A stretch of DNA of 64,000 nt. Source: Nymphaea colorata (lineage: Eukaryota). Below are positions 37,574 through 50,282 of this stretch, piece by piece. The DNA lies in the NCBI RefSeq assembly GCF_008831285.2, contig NC_045138.2:21390001-21454000 (forward strand), given 5' to 3'. The notes below the pieces were generated by a model that made no database searches, had not been told where the DNA came from, and saw nothing but the letters and a program-made list of their open reading frames with translations. The position numbers and the translations under genes are program-made. The stretch's first letter is position 1. The number at the start of each line of letters is the position of its first letter.

Positions 37574-40500
37574 GTTGCCTCACACAGAGAAGGAGGAGAT
37601 CTTAGAAAACCCCCCTCTATTAGTCTATTTCATTTTTTTACTCTTTTGTCCCTACAGCTCCCAGTTTTCCTTTAAGGTAAATAATTTGTACATAATTTCA
37701 GGAAGCCCGCTTCATCTTTTTGTTTTTTAATATATGGCGTTCACGTTTTTGTTAACATCTGCCAAATACGACTCAGTGTTTGGATGACACACTAAAAAGA
37801 CCGGTTCTATGAAAACTAGTTTTTTAAAAAATCAGTTTGAGAAATAGATTTATATGTGTTTGGGTAATAGGAAAAATATATTCTTGACTGTTTTTTTTTA
37901 TAAATAACCTGTGGGATGTCAAAGTTATTCACTCCCTTTCAAAAAACATTTTAATAAAAATGAGTTTTGGTAAAACTTATTTTATAGTCGGGTTAGATCT
38001 TTATCAGATCTCAACTAAGTACTATACTTGGAGAAAGGAATAAGAGGAGCCATTTAGGAACAAACCAAGAGAGATGCCGTAATGTGTATGTTTGATTACT
38101 TAGCTTATTATCAAATCTGAAACATTATCATGCTTGCTGACATGAAATTATCAAAATCCTTGATAATTATAATAACATTAGCTCAAAGAGCATCCGCAGT
38201 TGCTCATTTACCTCTACAAATTAAACTAAGATCAAACACACACCAACAATTTGAGTAGAGCAAATCAAGTGATGAACATTGGTTTGGTAGCTGGGTGGTA
38301 AAGTGGTTTGGTACCTCTAAAGACTCAGGTTTGAATCTTGGAATGATTACTGTCATGTCCCAGTGCGTTCTACCTCTCGACCGTAAAAAGCATCAAAACA
38401 TGTTCCGTGAAAATCCAATGAAACTGATACAATGAAAGAACCATGACCTTCTTTTTAAGGGCGATGGAATCACTCTTAAAAAGATTACATTGTCATTATA
38501 CAACATCACAAACACCAAATGTTTCTTACTTGGTGAATCATTTGAGATCAATTTTTAAAAGGAAAAAGTATCATCTCTTGTGGCATTGCTCGTGCAACAA
38601 CAATTAATGGGCGAGCTTGTCCCATTTTAATTAAGACTAGTTATGAATCTCAAAAGGAATCGACACAATGGACATAATGGAGTTGGTCGGTTTGCCCGTC
38701 TCCATTTTGTTGTTCGCCACATCAATTCTGTGTGTTGCAAAAAGAAAGAAGGTAATATGCAAGTTAAAACATAGCATGGTGTAACTGCCAAAAGATTTTA
38801 GACTTTCAATTGAATGGTCGGATGAAACATTCATCCAAAAAATTAAGGCTATTTATGATATCTTCAGTACATAAAAGGTAGTTGGCACCTTTTTTTTTTT
38901 CAATAATAGTAGCAATAAATAAGATAACTATTTATTATATGAGCAGCAAGCAAATTACAAATGAAAATGCGTTGTGCTCAAGGCAGCAGCACATAAGGTT
39001 CTTTTTCTTTTTTTTATGATCGAATTTTGTTGATTTTAACATGAGACTTTGATTTGGCAGTGGTCAGCCAAAGGCCGACTTTATGTCTTAATAAATTGAA
39101 AAATTACAGCACTATCTTGAAATTAACTTAAAAAGGTTAGGCCGAGTAGAATTTACTAACGTTATGAGGGGGGATTTAATGTCTTGACTTCTCCACACGC
39201 AGATCCAGAGAACGGAAGTCCGCCGCCGCGGCGTTGCCCAATTTCCACCGCCTTCGTCCCAAAATCTTAATGGAGGTCCTACCATTGTAGAGAATTGACA
39301 TTTCGCACCTTCAAGGTAGATTATTGACCCATTTGAAACCGGCAAAAAAAGAATAAAAAAGCAAAAAATGTTGGAATCGTTGCAGGTTTGGCAATAATAA
39401 AAAATATACCAAACTTTTCATTATTGTTAAAAACATCATCCTTATTTTTTCGTAATTAATTGCAAAGATCTATAGATTTATCTCTTCGTGCCTTTCCTTG
39501 GAAAAAATATAATAGAGAAACATTAAGTGCACGTGTATGTTCTTCATTCATGGAGATTACGAGAACAGTTTCGATCTTTTAATTTTAGTAAATTTAGTTT
39601 CATTACCAAATTGATTACTTGCATCTAAGATGCTGTTACTATTCAAGGAGCTTTGAACATTTCTCTTAATTGGGTCCAAATTAATTGTTGAACACCATTA
39701 ATCTAGAGAAATTTCAAAAAGCACATATTAATTTGCATAATCATTAAAAAACGCATCAAAGTTTTTATATTGTTAAACAGCTGATTTCTTCTGAAAGCAC
39801 ATATCAAAGTTCACATCATCTGAATCATAAAGTTACTAAATTAGATGAAGTATTCATTAGCTTATAATATGGACAAATTTTCTAGTAATTCAGGAGTCCA
39901 TTGGCAGTAAGAACAAGATACAAGCATTTCAAAAATCCGTCACAAAATTGGGGTAAATTCATAAAACACTTGAATCAGTGTCTCATGAATCTACCTCAAT
40001 TTTGAGGTCTATTCATGATACACCCACTGTTGTTCCTAATGCCAAACGACCCGTCAATGACTCGTTACCAAAAGAAATACGTGTTGTGAAATTCAGTTTA
40101 TTAACTAAATCATCAGCCAAAATATTAGAAAAAATCATTTTTCTAAATGAAATTAAGTAGAGAAATGTATAAACTAATTTAAAAGAAAAAAAAATCCTTA
40201 GATCATTCAAAAAGCTGGCAACAGAATCGAATCGATTTCCGGCTCAATTTGAACCAGCCGATTCAGGCCGAATCTAGTGACACTCAAAGAAACTCTATAT
40301 TGTCCTTTTGAATTAACCATAAAAATGAACTGCATTGGTTGAGACTTAAAGTGCACCAGATTTCTTGAATTTTTAGAAATGTTGGTGTAAAGGGCAGCCT
40401 GGCCCCAGCATGGTCAGCCGGAAAGGCTGCATTTAGAGAGAGAAACAACTCCCCAACAACAGCCTGGTAGGAAGGTAAGAAGTCATAGGGTTACTTAAGG

Positions 40501-40857
40501 ACTCAGGCAAGTTACTACTTTAGTATTGGCCACTAGATAGTGGCTGAGGCCTCCAACTTGGGTTTGATTCTGGTTTCAATCTAATAAGATACTTAGATCC
40601 AGATCCAACTGGATAATTGATCCCTACTGGTCATTAGTTCCACCATATAAATTCGAAAGGAACCCACAAATTATGTAGTTCGAGATGTGTGAGCTCAAAC
40701 GCTAGGGTTGGATGTGCAGTCCAACTGGGCAGCCAAAATAGACTTGCTCGGGTTACATCCTTTATGTGTCATTTGACAGTTGAAATACTTTGTGAGTGTT
40801 TCATAAGTTTATTCAAAGATTAGAACAGACTCATAAAACAGTAGAACTAAAGTATCT

Positions 40858-41099
40858 ATAAATATGCCTCAATGGGTATAACGTAGCTGGTCGAGCTAGA
40901 GACCTCTATAAGGCAGGTTTCTAGTTCGATTCCCATGAGCACTGTGTTCTTGTATCTTAAGGTGGTATGACGCAACATCCAAGTTGAAGGGTGCACCGCT
41001 CTATCACTGACACCGATGCAGCTCAGGACCCCGAAGGTAGGGAGAATGGAGGGGCCTTCGGGCCTCGCTTCGGGCGGTGGGACGATCCTCTCATTCACC
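40858..41099 (+). mobile_element. tRNA-derived SINE-like insertion with a 10-11 bp TSD
   Basis: Box A-like TAACGTAGCTGG (40879-40890) and box B-like AGTTCGATTCC (40923-40933) lie at tRNA spacing, followed by a GC-rich body. CTAAAGTATCT is duplicated at 40847-40857 and 41100-41110. Confidence 0.72.
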
Positions 41100-43229
41100 C
41101 TAAAGTATCTTTGAATATGATATTTTTTAAAGCAAATTCATTAAACACTCACAAAATGTTCATTTGCTAAATGACCCACTAAAAAATGTGGGTGTCAATG
41201 ACCTTGTTGGGAACCTGACCAGACCCGGGCCAAACTTAGTTTTATAAATCCATATTAACAGAATTAAATGGTGGGTAGCTATAGCAAGTGGATCAAATCT
41301 AGCGCCCCTCAAGTGGTTATATTTTTATATTTTTCAGTTGGTGTATAATCGTCTGAAAATATAAGAGGTAAAAAGAGATCACGACGACCAAATGTTTATA
41401 TTGAATTTTATGGGCTGAGGAAGCTAATACTATTTTTAAGTCCTTGTATAATTGGATTTATGCATCTGATCTTTTCATATTTCTTTAATACAATGTAGTA
41501 ATTGTGCATGCATTTCCTATTCATCTGAATGGCCCAGATTTTCCTCTGTTTTTATCACTCTCTTTCCCTCTCACCCTCTCATCTTTTCTTTTCAGGGAAG
41601 CCCCGCGGCTCCTCCTCCGCCGTCGCCAGCCGGCCGGCCCGGTGGTGGCGATGTCGACAGATGTTTCTCTCTTCTTGATTTCGATTCCACTTCTCCCAAC
41701 CATGACCCTTTTTTAGCCGCCGATGTTCTCGATTACACAGGCTTTTATAAAGAACCCACCGGTTGAAACTCACCAACCGGAATCCTTTGAAAGTTGATTT
41801 TCATGGGGTATATTGTTGTGTCTACCTCACTTCGACTCGTTAAATCTATCTAACCCATGATTCTCCTATATCTGATGTTGAAAATGACGACCGGATTCGA
41901 AAGAAATCACGCCAAAATCTGGCGTATTTCTTCTGAAAAACTGGCTTCTTTAACAGCTTGCAGTGAAGACATGTTGGGTTCCAATTTCATGTTCAACCGA
42001 TGTGCTTTTTGTTAGATTTACAAGGAATCGATGCTGCACTTGAAAAAAGCTGAGAAATATCGAAATGTTCTTGTGCTAAAATCGCTTGAAGAAGGAGACT
42101 CACTGTCTGTCGGGGAGAGAGAAACAAGTGCAAGGGGAAAACCAACATGAAAAAAAAAAAAAACTGCCTCTCGATTTTTCTCAGATCTGACCGTTGAGAT
42201 GGACTACAAAGGAGAAACACTCCCTCCTTGAATCTTCTCTTCATCTTCAGCATTTTCTAACTTACTTTGTTCATCTCATGAATCTTGGATTTTCTTTGAA
42301 AACAAAGCAACCGTAAACTCTGCTGCAATTTGCTGCAGTAGCATGAGCAACTTCATGTGACAATCTATACAAAATATGATAATGTAATGGGGATGATGAC
42401 TCTTTGGATGTTAAGGAAAGTACATATATACAGTGCCATGCCGCAAATATCGACTCATTTCACCATAGTCCACACATATTTTTCTCTCTCTGAATATAAA
42501 AGGCTTTGTCATCATCTTTACGGTGGCCTTTTGGTTCAAACATGAGCCTTTTGCTAGATGATCATCTTGATCAACAAGCTTCGTTAAATCTCTATCTAGA
42601 TACTTGGAGGAGTAGAATAGTGCATTTACAGTAAAATATTAACAAACTATGAAGCACAAAATCAATATGGTTACCATTCAAGTTTCTTCTTACCATGTAT
42701 AACAACAAAGTAGTCAGCCACGTTGACATGGTTGGACATGGCTGGCTCATTTCTTGTATTATTCTACTACCTTTTAGCATGTTTTGTAAGGTTTCCGCTG
42801 CCGGTCCCTAGATATAGTTCTTTAATTAGATCTGCGATCACTACTTCGAAATGGTAACCTAGTAGATTTAAAAAACCACACTCATTAGAGAAAACATGGC
42901 CAAACAATTGTAAATACCAGTTTCTTTTGATTTTCACCAAGATCAACTAAGATTAAGGACCCTGGAGGCATCTAAAGCAACTTTGGTACTCGAGGGACTA
43001 GGAGCATGGAGGGAATGGTAGAGGCTTCAGTCTTTTTTGTTAGGTGGTAGGATGAAATATTTCTCTTATTCATCTAATCAAGATTAAGGAATTGTTGGTC
43101 ATTCTGTGGCCTCAAAATCGACAATTCAAGTAGAATTTTGATCGTGATGAGAAAGATGGGCATGAGTTCTTGACGGTCTTAGTGGAGATGAGGTTAGACT
43201 TAAAAGTTTTGGTGGACAAAATTTTCCAA

Positions 43230-43740
43230 GTCTTTGCTTGCCACAAACTTTGCAGCGTCAACTTGCTTTGAAGTGAATGACTTCATTTTTAGGTCGTCCA
43301 CTAAGATTGCAATAGTACTTTTCACAAATGCAACTCAATTTTTGGCAGGGTGAGCACTTTGGTTTATTTTGGGTTTTCTTTGTTTTATTACTATTGTTTC
43401 GTTCATGATTTTTGTAGTCCATTGTGGTGCATCGATGAGGCTGGAATCTAACTTGATAAGCCATCTTCTCTTGACCTTCTTCACTTGACTCAAATTTTTG
43501 TAATGGATTCATGACTTGCAAGAGTGTTCTTTCTTTGAATAGCTTGACAAACAGAACTGTTGAAGCTAGGTAGGGGCGTCCTCTTCAAGTTTTGGCTTTG
43601 AAGGCCTTCATAGCGATCACTTTCAAGACCAGCAAGAACCTTAGAGACTTTGTCTTCCTCTGTGCATTCTTTGTAGACATTTGGATCCAACATTGGTGGT
43701 TGGTACTGCATAAGTTTGTCCCACATACTACAAACTTAAG
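43230..43740 (-). mobile_element. Degenerate Copia-type gag fragment
   Basis: MWDKLMQYQP...KVSKVLAGLESDRYEGLQSQ...PLPSFNS and the zinc-knuckle-like PKCSPCQKLSCICEKYYCNLSGRP lie in shifted frames. Confidence 0.65.
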
Positions 43741-43845
43741 TAGAGATGTATGGGTTGGCTCATCTTCTCTTGTGAGGCTGCTGATCTCTTGTTGGAGTCA
43801 ATAGACTGTTGTAGGATTGTTTTGCTCTACATATAGTTCTTTTAA

Positions 43846-44001
43846 GGCCCATTTGACAATAAGAAATTGTTACTGTCCTATGAATCTATCCAAAAAAATT
43901 GAGGTATATTCATGAAACATTGTGTTTGATTGGTAAATCAATCTACCCTTTAGGCAAGTTCATAGGACAGTAACTATTAGTTATGGTTGTCAAGCGACCC
44001 C
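43846..44001. mobile_element. Tourist/PIF-type MITE next to the Copia gag relic
   Basis: Imperfect TIRs ggcccatttgacaa / ttgtcaagcgacccc, a perfect subterminal inverted 16-mer gttactgtcctatgaa / ttcataggacagtaac, and TAA/TTA flanks. A relative lies at about 54700-54842. Confidence 0.7.
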
Positions 44002-45124
44002 TTAGAGTCTCTGCCTTCATTTGTAGTTTTTTCATAAAAGAAGGTGTTGACAACTTGAGGCTCCATGAGTTCAACAACAAGACCACCATTTTATTCAGTG
44101 CTTCTCATTCTAATCAGATTTTTAGGTGAAGTGATTGTGCTATATATATACATATATCTATATAACCCAATTTGGATCAGCTGCTTAAGATCAATAAACG
44201 TATCTTCAGCCCAAGTGAAGTATTTTGTTCCATTGAGTAGAAAGGGGGTGATCTTTTAAGGTATTGTAGTATTATGAATATCATTGTTGGGGTTCTTTGA
44301 ATTGTTGGATGATCCTTTACCTTGATTGTTTGCAGATTCAACCGTGATGATGAGTAAGCCACCAACAACACCAAAAGTGACTGAGCATGGCTTCAATCTA
44401 GGCTTTGTTAGTTGATATCATGTTAAAAAATGAAACAGCAAGGCACACACTACTCAAGACCATATACTTTAAGTGGTTCGACATGAAAGCCTACATTTGC
44501 TAAGAAGGAGAATGTGTTTCATCCGTACACTCTATTCAAGAGGTGATATTAATACCGTGTACAACTCATACAACAAGAGGAAAGAAAAATAATAGAAAAC
44601 AAAAAAGACCTGGCGCAATATAAGCACTAGAGTACTGTACATTGAGCTTTTTTGAATAAACAATTGGCAAATCTCAAACTTATGGAAAGAAGTCTTATGT
44701 CAAAGCATTTGGATAAAGTGCAGAACATGATCAATCAAAGACATTAGTTGTTTCTCTAAACTACTCTGCTCTAGATGGTGTGCTAATTATGAAGCATGTA
44801 ACCAGCAATATTTTAAATAAAGAGACAATGAGAAAGTACATTGATGTCACTAGCTCATAGGTGCTAGTAACGAGAGATAGGGGTAGACAAAAGAACCATA
44901 ATAAATTACATGACAGATTAAAATCCAAGTCTAAATCAATGCTCAAGATGATAAATAAATGCTTTTATTGTAACATTCTAGGTCACAAAATATTAAAAAA
45001 AAAAACAAAAAAAGAAGAGTTAAGAAAGTGAGAAACAAAAAAAAAACATTGCAGTTGCTTTAGATGATGATATAGTATTACTTTTATATGAGGAAATTTA
45101 TTGTATTATAGTTGAGAATGAAGA

Positions 45125-45720
45125 CTCTACATGAATATTAGATTCAAGGACATCTCATGCCACACTATGTATAAATTTGTTTTCATCTTATAAAACAGGT
45201 GATCTTCACATGGATAACAGTGACACTTTAAACATTTTTAGAATAGCAGATGTCTGCATTGAGATGAACACATGATGCAAATTAACCTTAAGAGATATGA
45301 GACATGTCTTAGATATTAAAATGAATTTGATTTTTGTAGGAAAACTAATTGAAGATGGATATTGTACTTCTTTTAGTTCGACTCGTTGGAAATTGATAAA
45401 GGGGACATTAATGTTGACTAGAGAAAGTAGATTTGGTTCTTGGTATGATATGAAGTATTAAATCAGTAGTGTTGAGGTAAATGCAGTTACTGATAATATT
45501 TGTTAAATTTGTGGCATAGGAGGCTAGACAACATTAGTCAAAGAGGAATTGATTTGCTTAATAAAAAAAATTTATTACCACAGATGTCTCCTTGCAATCA
45601 TTGTTTGGTTGGTATGTTACATAAAATTTCTTTCTAAAAAAAGCGCTCTTCAAAGACTAAAGTTATATTAGATTTGGTTTATTCAGATGTGTGTGAATGT
45701 ACAAATGTGACATCTAAAGG
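45125..45720 (+). mobile_element. Degenerate Copia pol fragment (protease, GAG-pre-integrase, integrase N-terminus)
   Basis: Fragments *ILDSRTSH, LIFVGKLIEDGYCTSF, LWHRRLDNISQRG, CNHCLVG and ILDLVYSDVCE occur with stops and frameshifts. Confidence 0.85.
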
Positions 45721-46452
45721 TGAAACATCATATGCTGCTTCAGTTGCTTCCTCCTCTTAGTTATCTATAACCCCGAAAGGCTTAAATTTTTTCAATGGGT
45801 GCATAATGTATGGAAAATATAAGAATTAAAAGGAGACCATGATGACCAAATTAATGTTCATACTGAATTGAATTTACTATGCCAAGAAAGCTAGTACTAT
45901 TTTGAAACCTTATGATTTGTTGTACAACATTTCCTTTGTTTTAACAGAATGGCAGCTACCACATAAAACTATAAAGTATCCTCAAATACCACCTGCTGAA
46001 GTCCATCAGAGTAATTGATTATATGCCCTTGCAAACGACTTGGATATTCTTCAACTTCCAACGGGTAGAGCGAAACTGAATTTACTATCAAATGGGTGAA
46101 TATACGTTCTTTTGTTTGAACACCCTATTTTGAGTTCATTTTTTCCCTTTAATTTTGTATGTTTGTAGTTGTGCGCATGCATGTATGTTTGTATGGGTTG
46201 AACAAAGAGTATATCTTAACTGAGCTATGAGGTCAATGGTGGCTTCAAAAACCCTAATGCTTTTCAAGTGATACAAGTTATATCTAGACCAACAATATTG
46301 GTTGACCTGTTTAGCCTATAAGACGAACTCCAAAATGGGCTTCATATTAAAAACTATTTTTTAATTTACATATAAGCCAATATGAAGCCAAATCAGTTAA
46401 TATATGTCATGTATAAACTAATTTGGTAAAGACATCGTGACAGCTGCCACGA

Positions 46453-46457
<5 letters not shown>

Positions 46458-46536
<79 letters not shown>
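46458..46536. repeat. (TA)n microsatellite
   Basis: Seen directly. Confidence 0.95.
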
Positions 46537-46539
<3 letters not shown>

Positions 46540-46965
46540 GATCGTGATGAAACACGTTCAGATCAAATCCAGTACAACCAGAAAAGACGAAAAAGAAGCA
46601 AAAAAAACGAAACAAAAACAGAAAGCATATGAATAGTTTACATCGTTATGTTCCACACGCATTTTCCATGCAACAGAGTCATTAGCACTTCCTTAAAACA
46701 GCGGAAGTATGACCAAATGTTCGTGGAGTTATTATCATCATTCCCTTCTTCTTGTTAGGACTACAGACACGAAAATTGATAAGGAAAAGGAAAAAAAAAG
46801 AAAAAAAAGAAAGAGAAAGTGGAAGATGGCAGCTGAGGCCTGAAGATCATTGCCTTCTCTGTTGTCTTCTTTCAACAGAGATGAACGGATCCTTATGAAC
46901 CCACGAAACCATCCACGCCACCTTCTCTCCGTCACTTTAGTAGAAATCCAAACAATCCCCAGCAG

Positions 46966-48856
46966 TTAGAGGCTCCGAGGGTTGGGGAACGAATCATGAG
47001 GAAAAAACTGTGGTTGGTACTGCTCTCCCGCCTGCTTCTCCAAGTGAAACAAGGGAACGTTGTAGCAGTTGGAATCTGAGGTAGTCTCACTGTGCTGAGA
47101 CGCGCCATGGCCGTCCATGGATGCCCAAGGAGCAAGATGCCCCTCACTGTTGTCAAAGCAGTGATACCCATTTGCTTCATTCCCTTCGGTGCTTGGTGAA
47201 TCATAAGACGAATGGCAGCTCGCTTCCTTGTAGAGTTGGCTCGGAAGGAGCACCGAAGGGCTCTCCAGTTGGGGAAGATGAAGGAACTGGCTCTCTGCTG
47301 TGTGAAGTTTAGAAGATACGACGAGATCGTCTATGTTGCAGCCGAAGGCAGAGGAGCTGTGGATGGGTTCAGGATCATCGAGGCCTGATAGTGAAAGTTG
47401 ATATGCTCTAGCCTGGTTCATGAAGGAGGGGAAGACTCCATGGTTCCAGGTTGATGAGTTTGGCTTTTGAGATGGGCTTGGCTTTCTAAATGCACGGCAC
47501 ACAACCCAACCTTCATCCTGCAATGCATATTATCAGAAACAATTTAACTAGCTGTATTTTCAGATCTTATTTTCTCTGTTTCTGCAGAAGAAAGAACATG
47601 ATCATGAATAGATGGGAATAATGAGGTGAAGGGCAGGTGGATAGAGGAGACACCTGAGGTTGTGGACTCTCACGGCTCTCTAGCCTGTACTCGTGCATGA
47701 TCCAGTCGGACTTCCGGCCATTAGGAGCGCGTCCCTTGTAGAACACCAGCGTCTTCCTCATCCCTATGAGCTTGTACTTGGAAAAAACTGCCTTGTCCCT
47801 TCCCGTTGCCTTCCAGAAACCAGCTGCTGTGGCCCGGTTCGTCCGCGTTCCAGTCGGATACTTCTTGTCCTTGTGGCTAAAGAAATACCACTCTGTCTGT
47901 TCCTCGTATCCAAGCTTGCATTTATCTGTAGAAATAGAACGGAGCGTCCTCAACTTCTGTTCATTGTAAAATGGATGGTTTATCAACGGCCGGAAAAAAC
48001 GTTAGTAAAAGAAAGTGCATTCTAAAATCGGTGTTATCTTGAATCGATCGACCGATTCTAATTAGACAGATTTGATTCGATGACAGGTTTAAGAGTGCAG
48101 CCATTTGTCAAATTTTAAATAAGTTTTTAACATTTTTTTATTGAAAGACTTTTTTAAATTTCTCTTTTAATATTTTAAAATTTATAACGATTTTATAGTT
48201 TATTTGCCGATTTATGAACAGTGCAGCTTAATCGGTTCACCGATTCGGTTCAAGATCCAATTCTACAACACCTGAGTAGTGCTAGTGCTGTCAGCTGTTT
48301 TATATATATATATATATATACGAGACAGGTAGCTATGGACCCCTTATACACCAGAACTTGATAGGAACCATATGAACTTTAGGTTTTAATGAAATCAGAC
48401 TGGAGATTAAGTTGAAATATAAAAGATCAATTGATTTTCGAAAGTCCAAAGTAATATTTAAATGAGAAGAGAAAGGCAAAAAGGAAAAACAAATGAGTTT
48501 CCTTAAATTTCAACAGCTTAAATTATTTTATGGCACTTACTTATTTTCTTACACGTGTGTATATATATATATATATGTGTGTGCGCGCGAAACAAGGAAT
48601 AATAATCGTTAATTGTAAGGAAAAAATGTGAAAATGTGTGCATGTGTGTGTGTGTTGAGGGCGAGAGGTCGATGAATAGATGTATACATATAATACCTTG
48701 GAGATCCCATGGCTCGATCCTGTAGAGATCGACGTCGGTGATGACGTCGAGATCGATCTTTAGATCTGCAACTTTCCTGGCTAGGTAGTACCCCACCAAC
48801 TCTTCTTCCGTGGGATGGAACCTGAACCCTGGTGGGATGCACGACTCCCCTTCCAT
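46966..48856 (-). CDS. NAC domain transcription factor of the VND (VNS) clade, VND7-like, 3 exons, 327 aa
   Basis: Exons are 48856-48697, 47925-47654 and 47517-46966 (984 nt). Motifs: [98 protein letters not shown]-box LPQLESP and a degenerate WQ-box. Confidence 0.93.
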
Positions 48857-48900
48857 TTTCACCTGGCCCCCTGATCATATTACAGCAACTCATCATTCCC

Positions 48901-48903
<3 letters not shown>

Positions 48904-48988
<85 letters not shown>
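48904..48988. repeat. Compound (CT)n(AT)n microsatellite about 50 bp upstream of the NAC ATG
   Basis: Seen directly. Confidence 0.95.
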
Positions 48989-48990
<2 letters not shown>

Positions 48991-50274
48991 CCTTTGGATT
49001 GTTTTAACTCAAATTATCTTATAACATGTATACTTCAGTGAGGATTATTCTTTTACTTAACAGTAACATTGTGGTGCAATATCAACTAATTGATATCTCA
49101 ACTTCGTTTCAAGCAGGTAGAGACGAAAACTTGTAAACGAGAGGGAGGGAGAGGAGAAGACTGGCGTTTCACTAGAGATTACCACGACCTCCGGAATGTA
49201 ATTGTATGGATGTAAATTTAGAGTACATTAAAATCTAGTGAGAACCAGCTTCGAGAGAGTGCCACCATCTTGAAAAAAAGATAAATAACAATAATATTCC
49301 AGAGCTTATTTTAAGGTTTGAATTTGTAAAACTACAGATGTTCGACTTTCCAAAACTTGAATACTACAAAACAAAAGAAATCGGTATATATGCACAATAA
49401 ACCATAAGAAATCAAGTGGAAGCGCCGTATTTTGACTGTGGATAATAAAACAACGATTGGAGATCACAGTCTGTTTACTTCAAGAATAAAAAAAGAGAAA
49501 AAAACGTTTAGATTTTCTCGCCCTAAGGTCAAAATGCAACGTTGGTATCTGAATTCATATTAAGAAAACATGTTAAAACAATTGCATTGCTGCTTCATGG
49601 CTTCTTTTCCGCAGGAGATCGCGTTCACAAGGTGCGATCTTCACAACCACGCAAGCTTAGTTAAGAAGTTGCTTTTTCTTTCTCGTTTCTTTTTCAAAAG
49701 CAAAAGGAGATGTCTCCCTCCACCAAATTCAACTTGGCGAAGAAAAATCAGTGCAGATGTCCCCATTATTGGAGACCTTCCATGGACGCACTAACGTCAG
49801 AAATTCTACCTTTTGCAACCGTAAACAAAGTGGAGAGAGAAAGAGAAGGGAAGAACACGAAGTGGTACCATTCTTTCGAGATTCTCTCGTTAATGGCACA
49901 TTAAACAACGCAGCAGATCTCAGAAAGAAACTGAAAAGTAAAAAGTGAATGAATTGCAGTACTTACTTGAGAACCAACAAAGAATAGCAGGAGAGGACGG
50001 AAAATTCTCTGCCAACTTCGGAGAATATGCGGAGTCCCAAACTCAAAGCACAGAGTCTCCTCTGCACTTCGCCCTTGGAGGAGAAGGAGGGAGAGGAAGT
50101 CGAGATATATGAAGTGACGGATCGGCGGCTACTGAGCAAGGATGGCTACAGAAAGTGATGGCTCCGAGAGAGAGAGAGAGGGAGAGAGAAACAAGAGGTA
50201 TCGTGGCATGCAATGGAAGCAAGCAACCAGAGACAGATAGATAACTCATCAGATAGAGGCAGAAGCCAAAAACA

Positions 50275-50282
50275 TATTTATA
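50275..50282 (-). promoter_or_regulatory. Candidate TATA box of the NAC gene (implies a 5'UTR exon at about 50245-49967 and a 5'UTR intron)
   Basis: TATAAATA on the minus strand is followed by a CT-rich leader and a CAA|GTAAGT donor at 49966 with a U-rich sequence after it. Confidence 0.45.

Noticed and set aside
40874..40945. Functional tRNA gene
   Set aside because: The stems do not pair into a cloverleaf and there is no terminator. It is the head of a longer TSD-flanked element.
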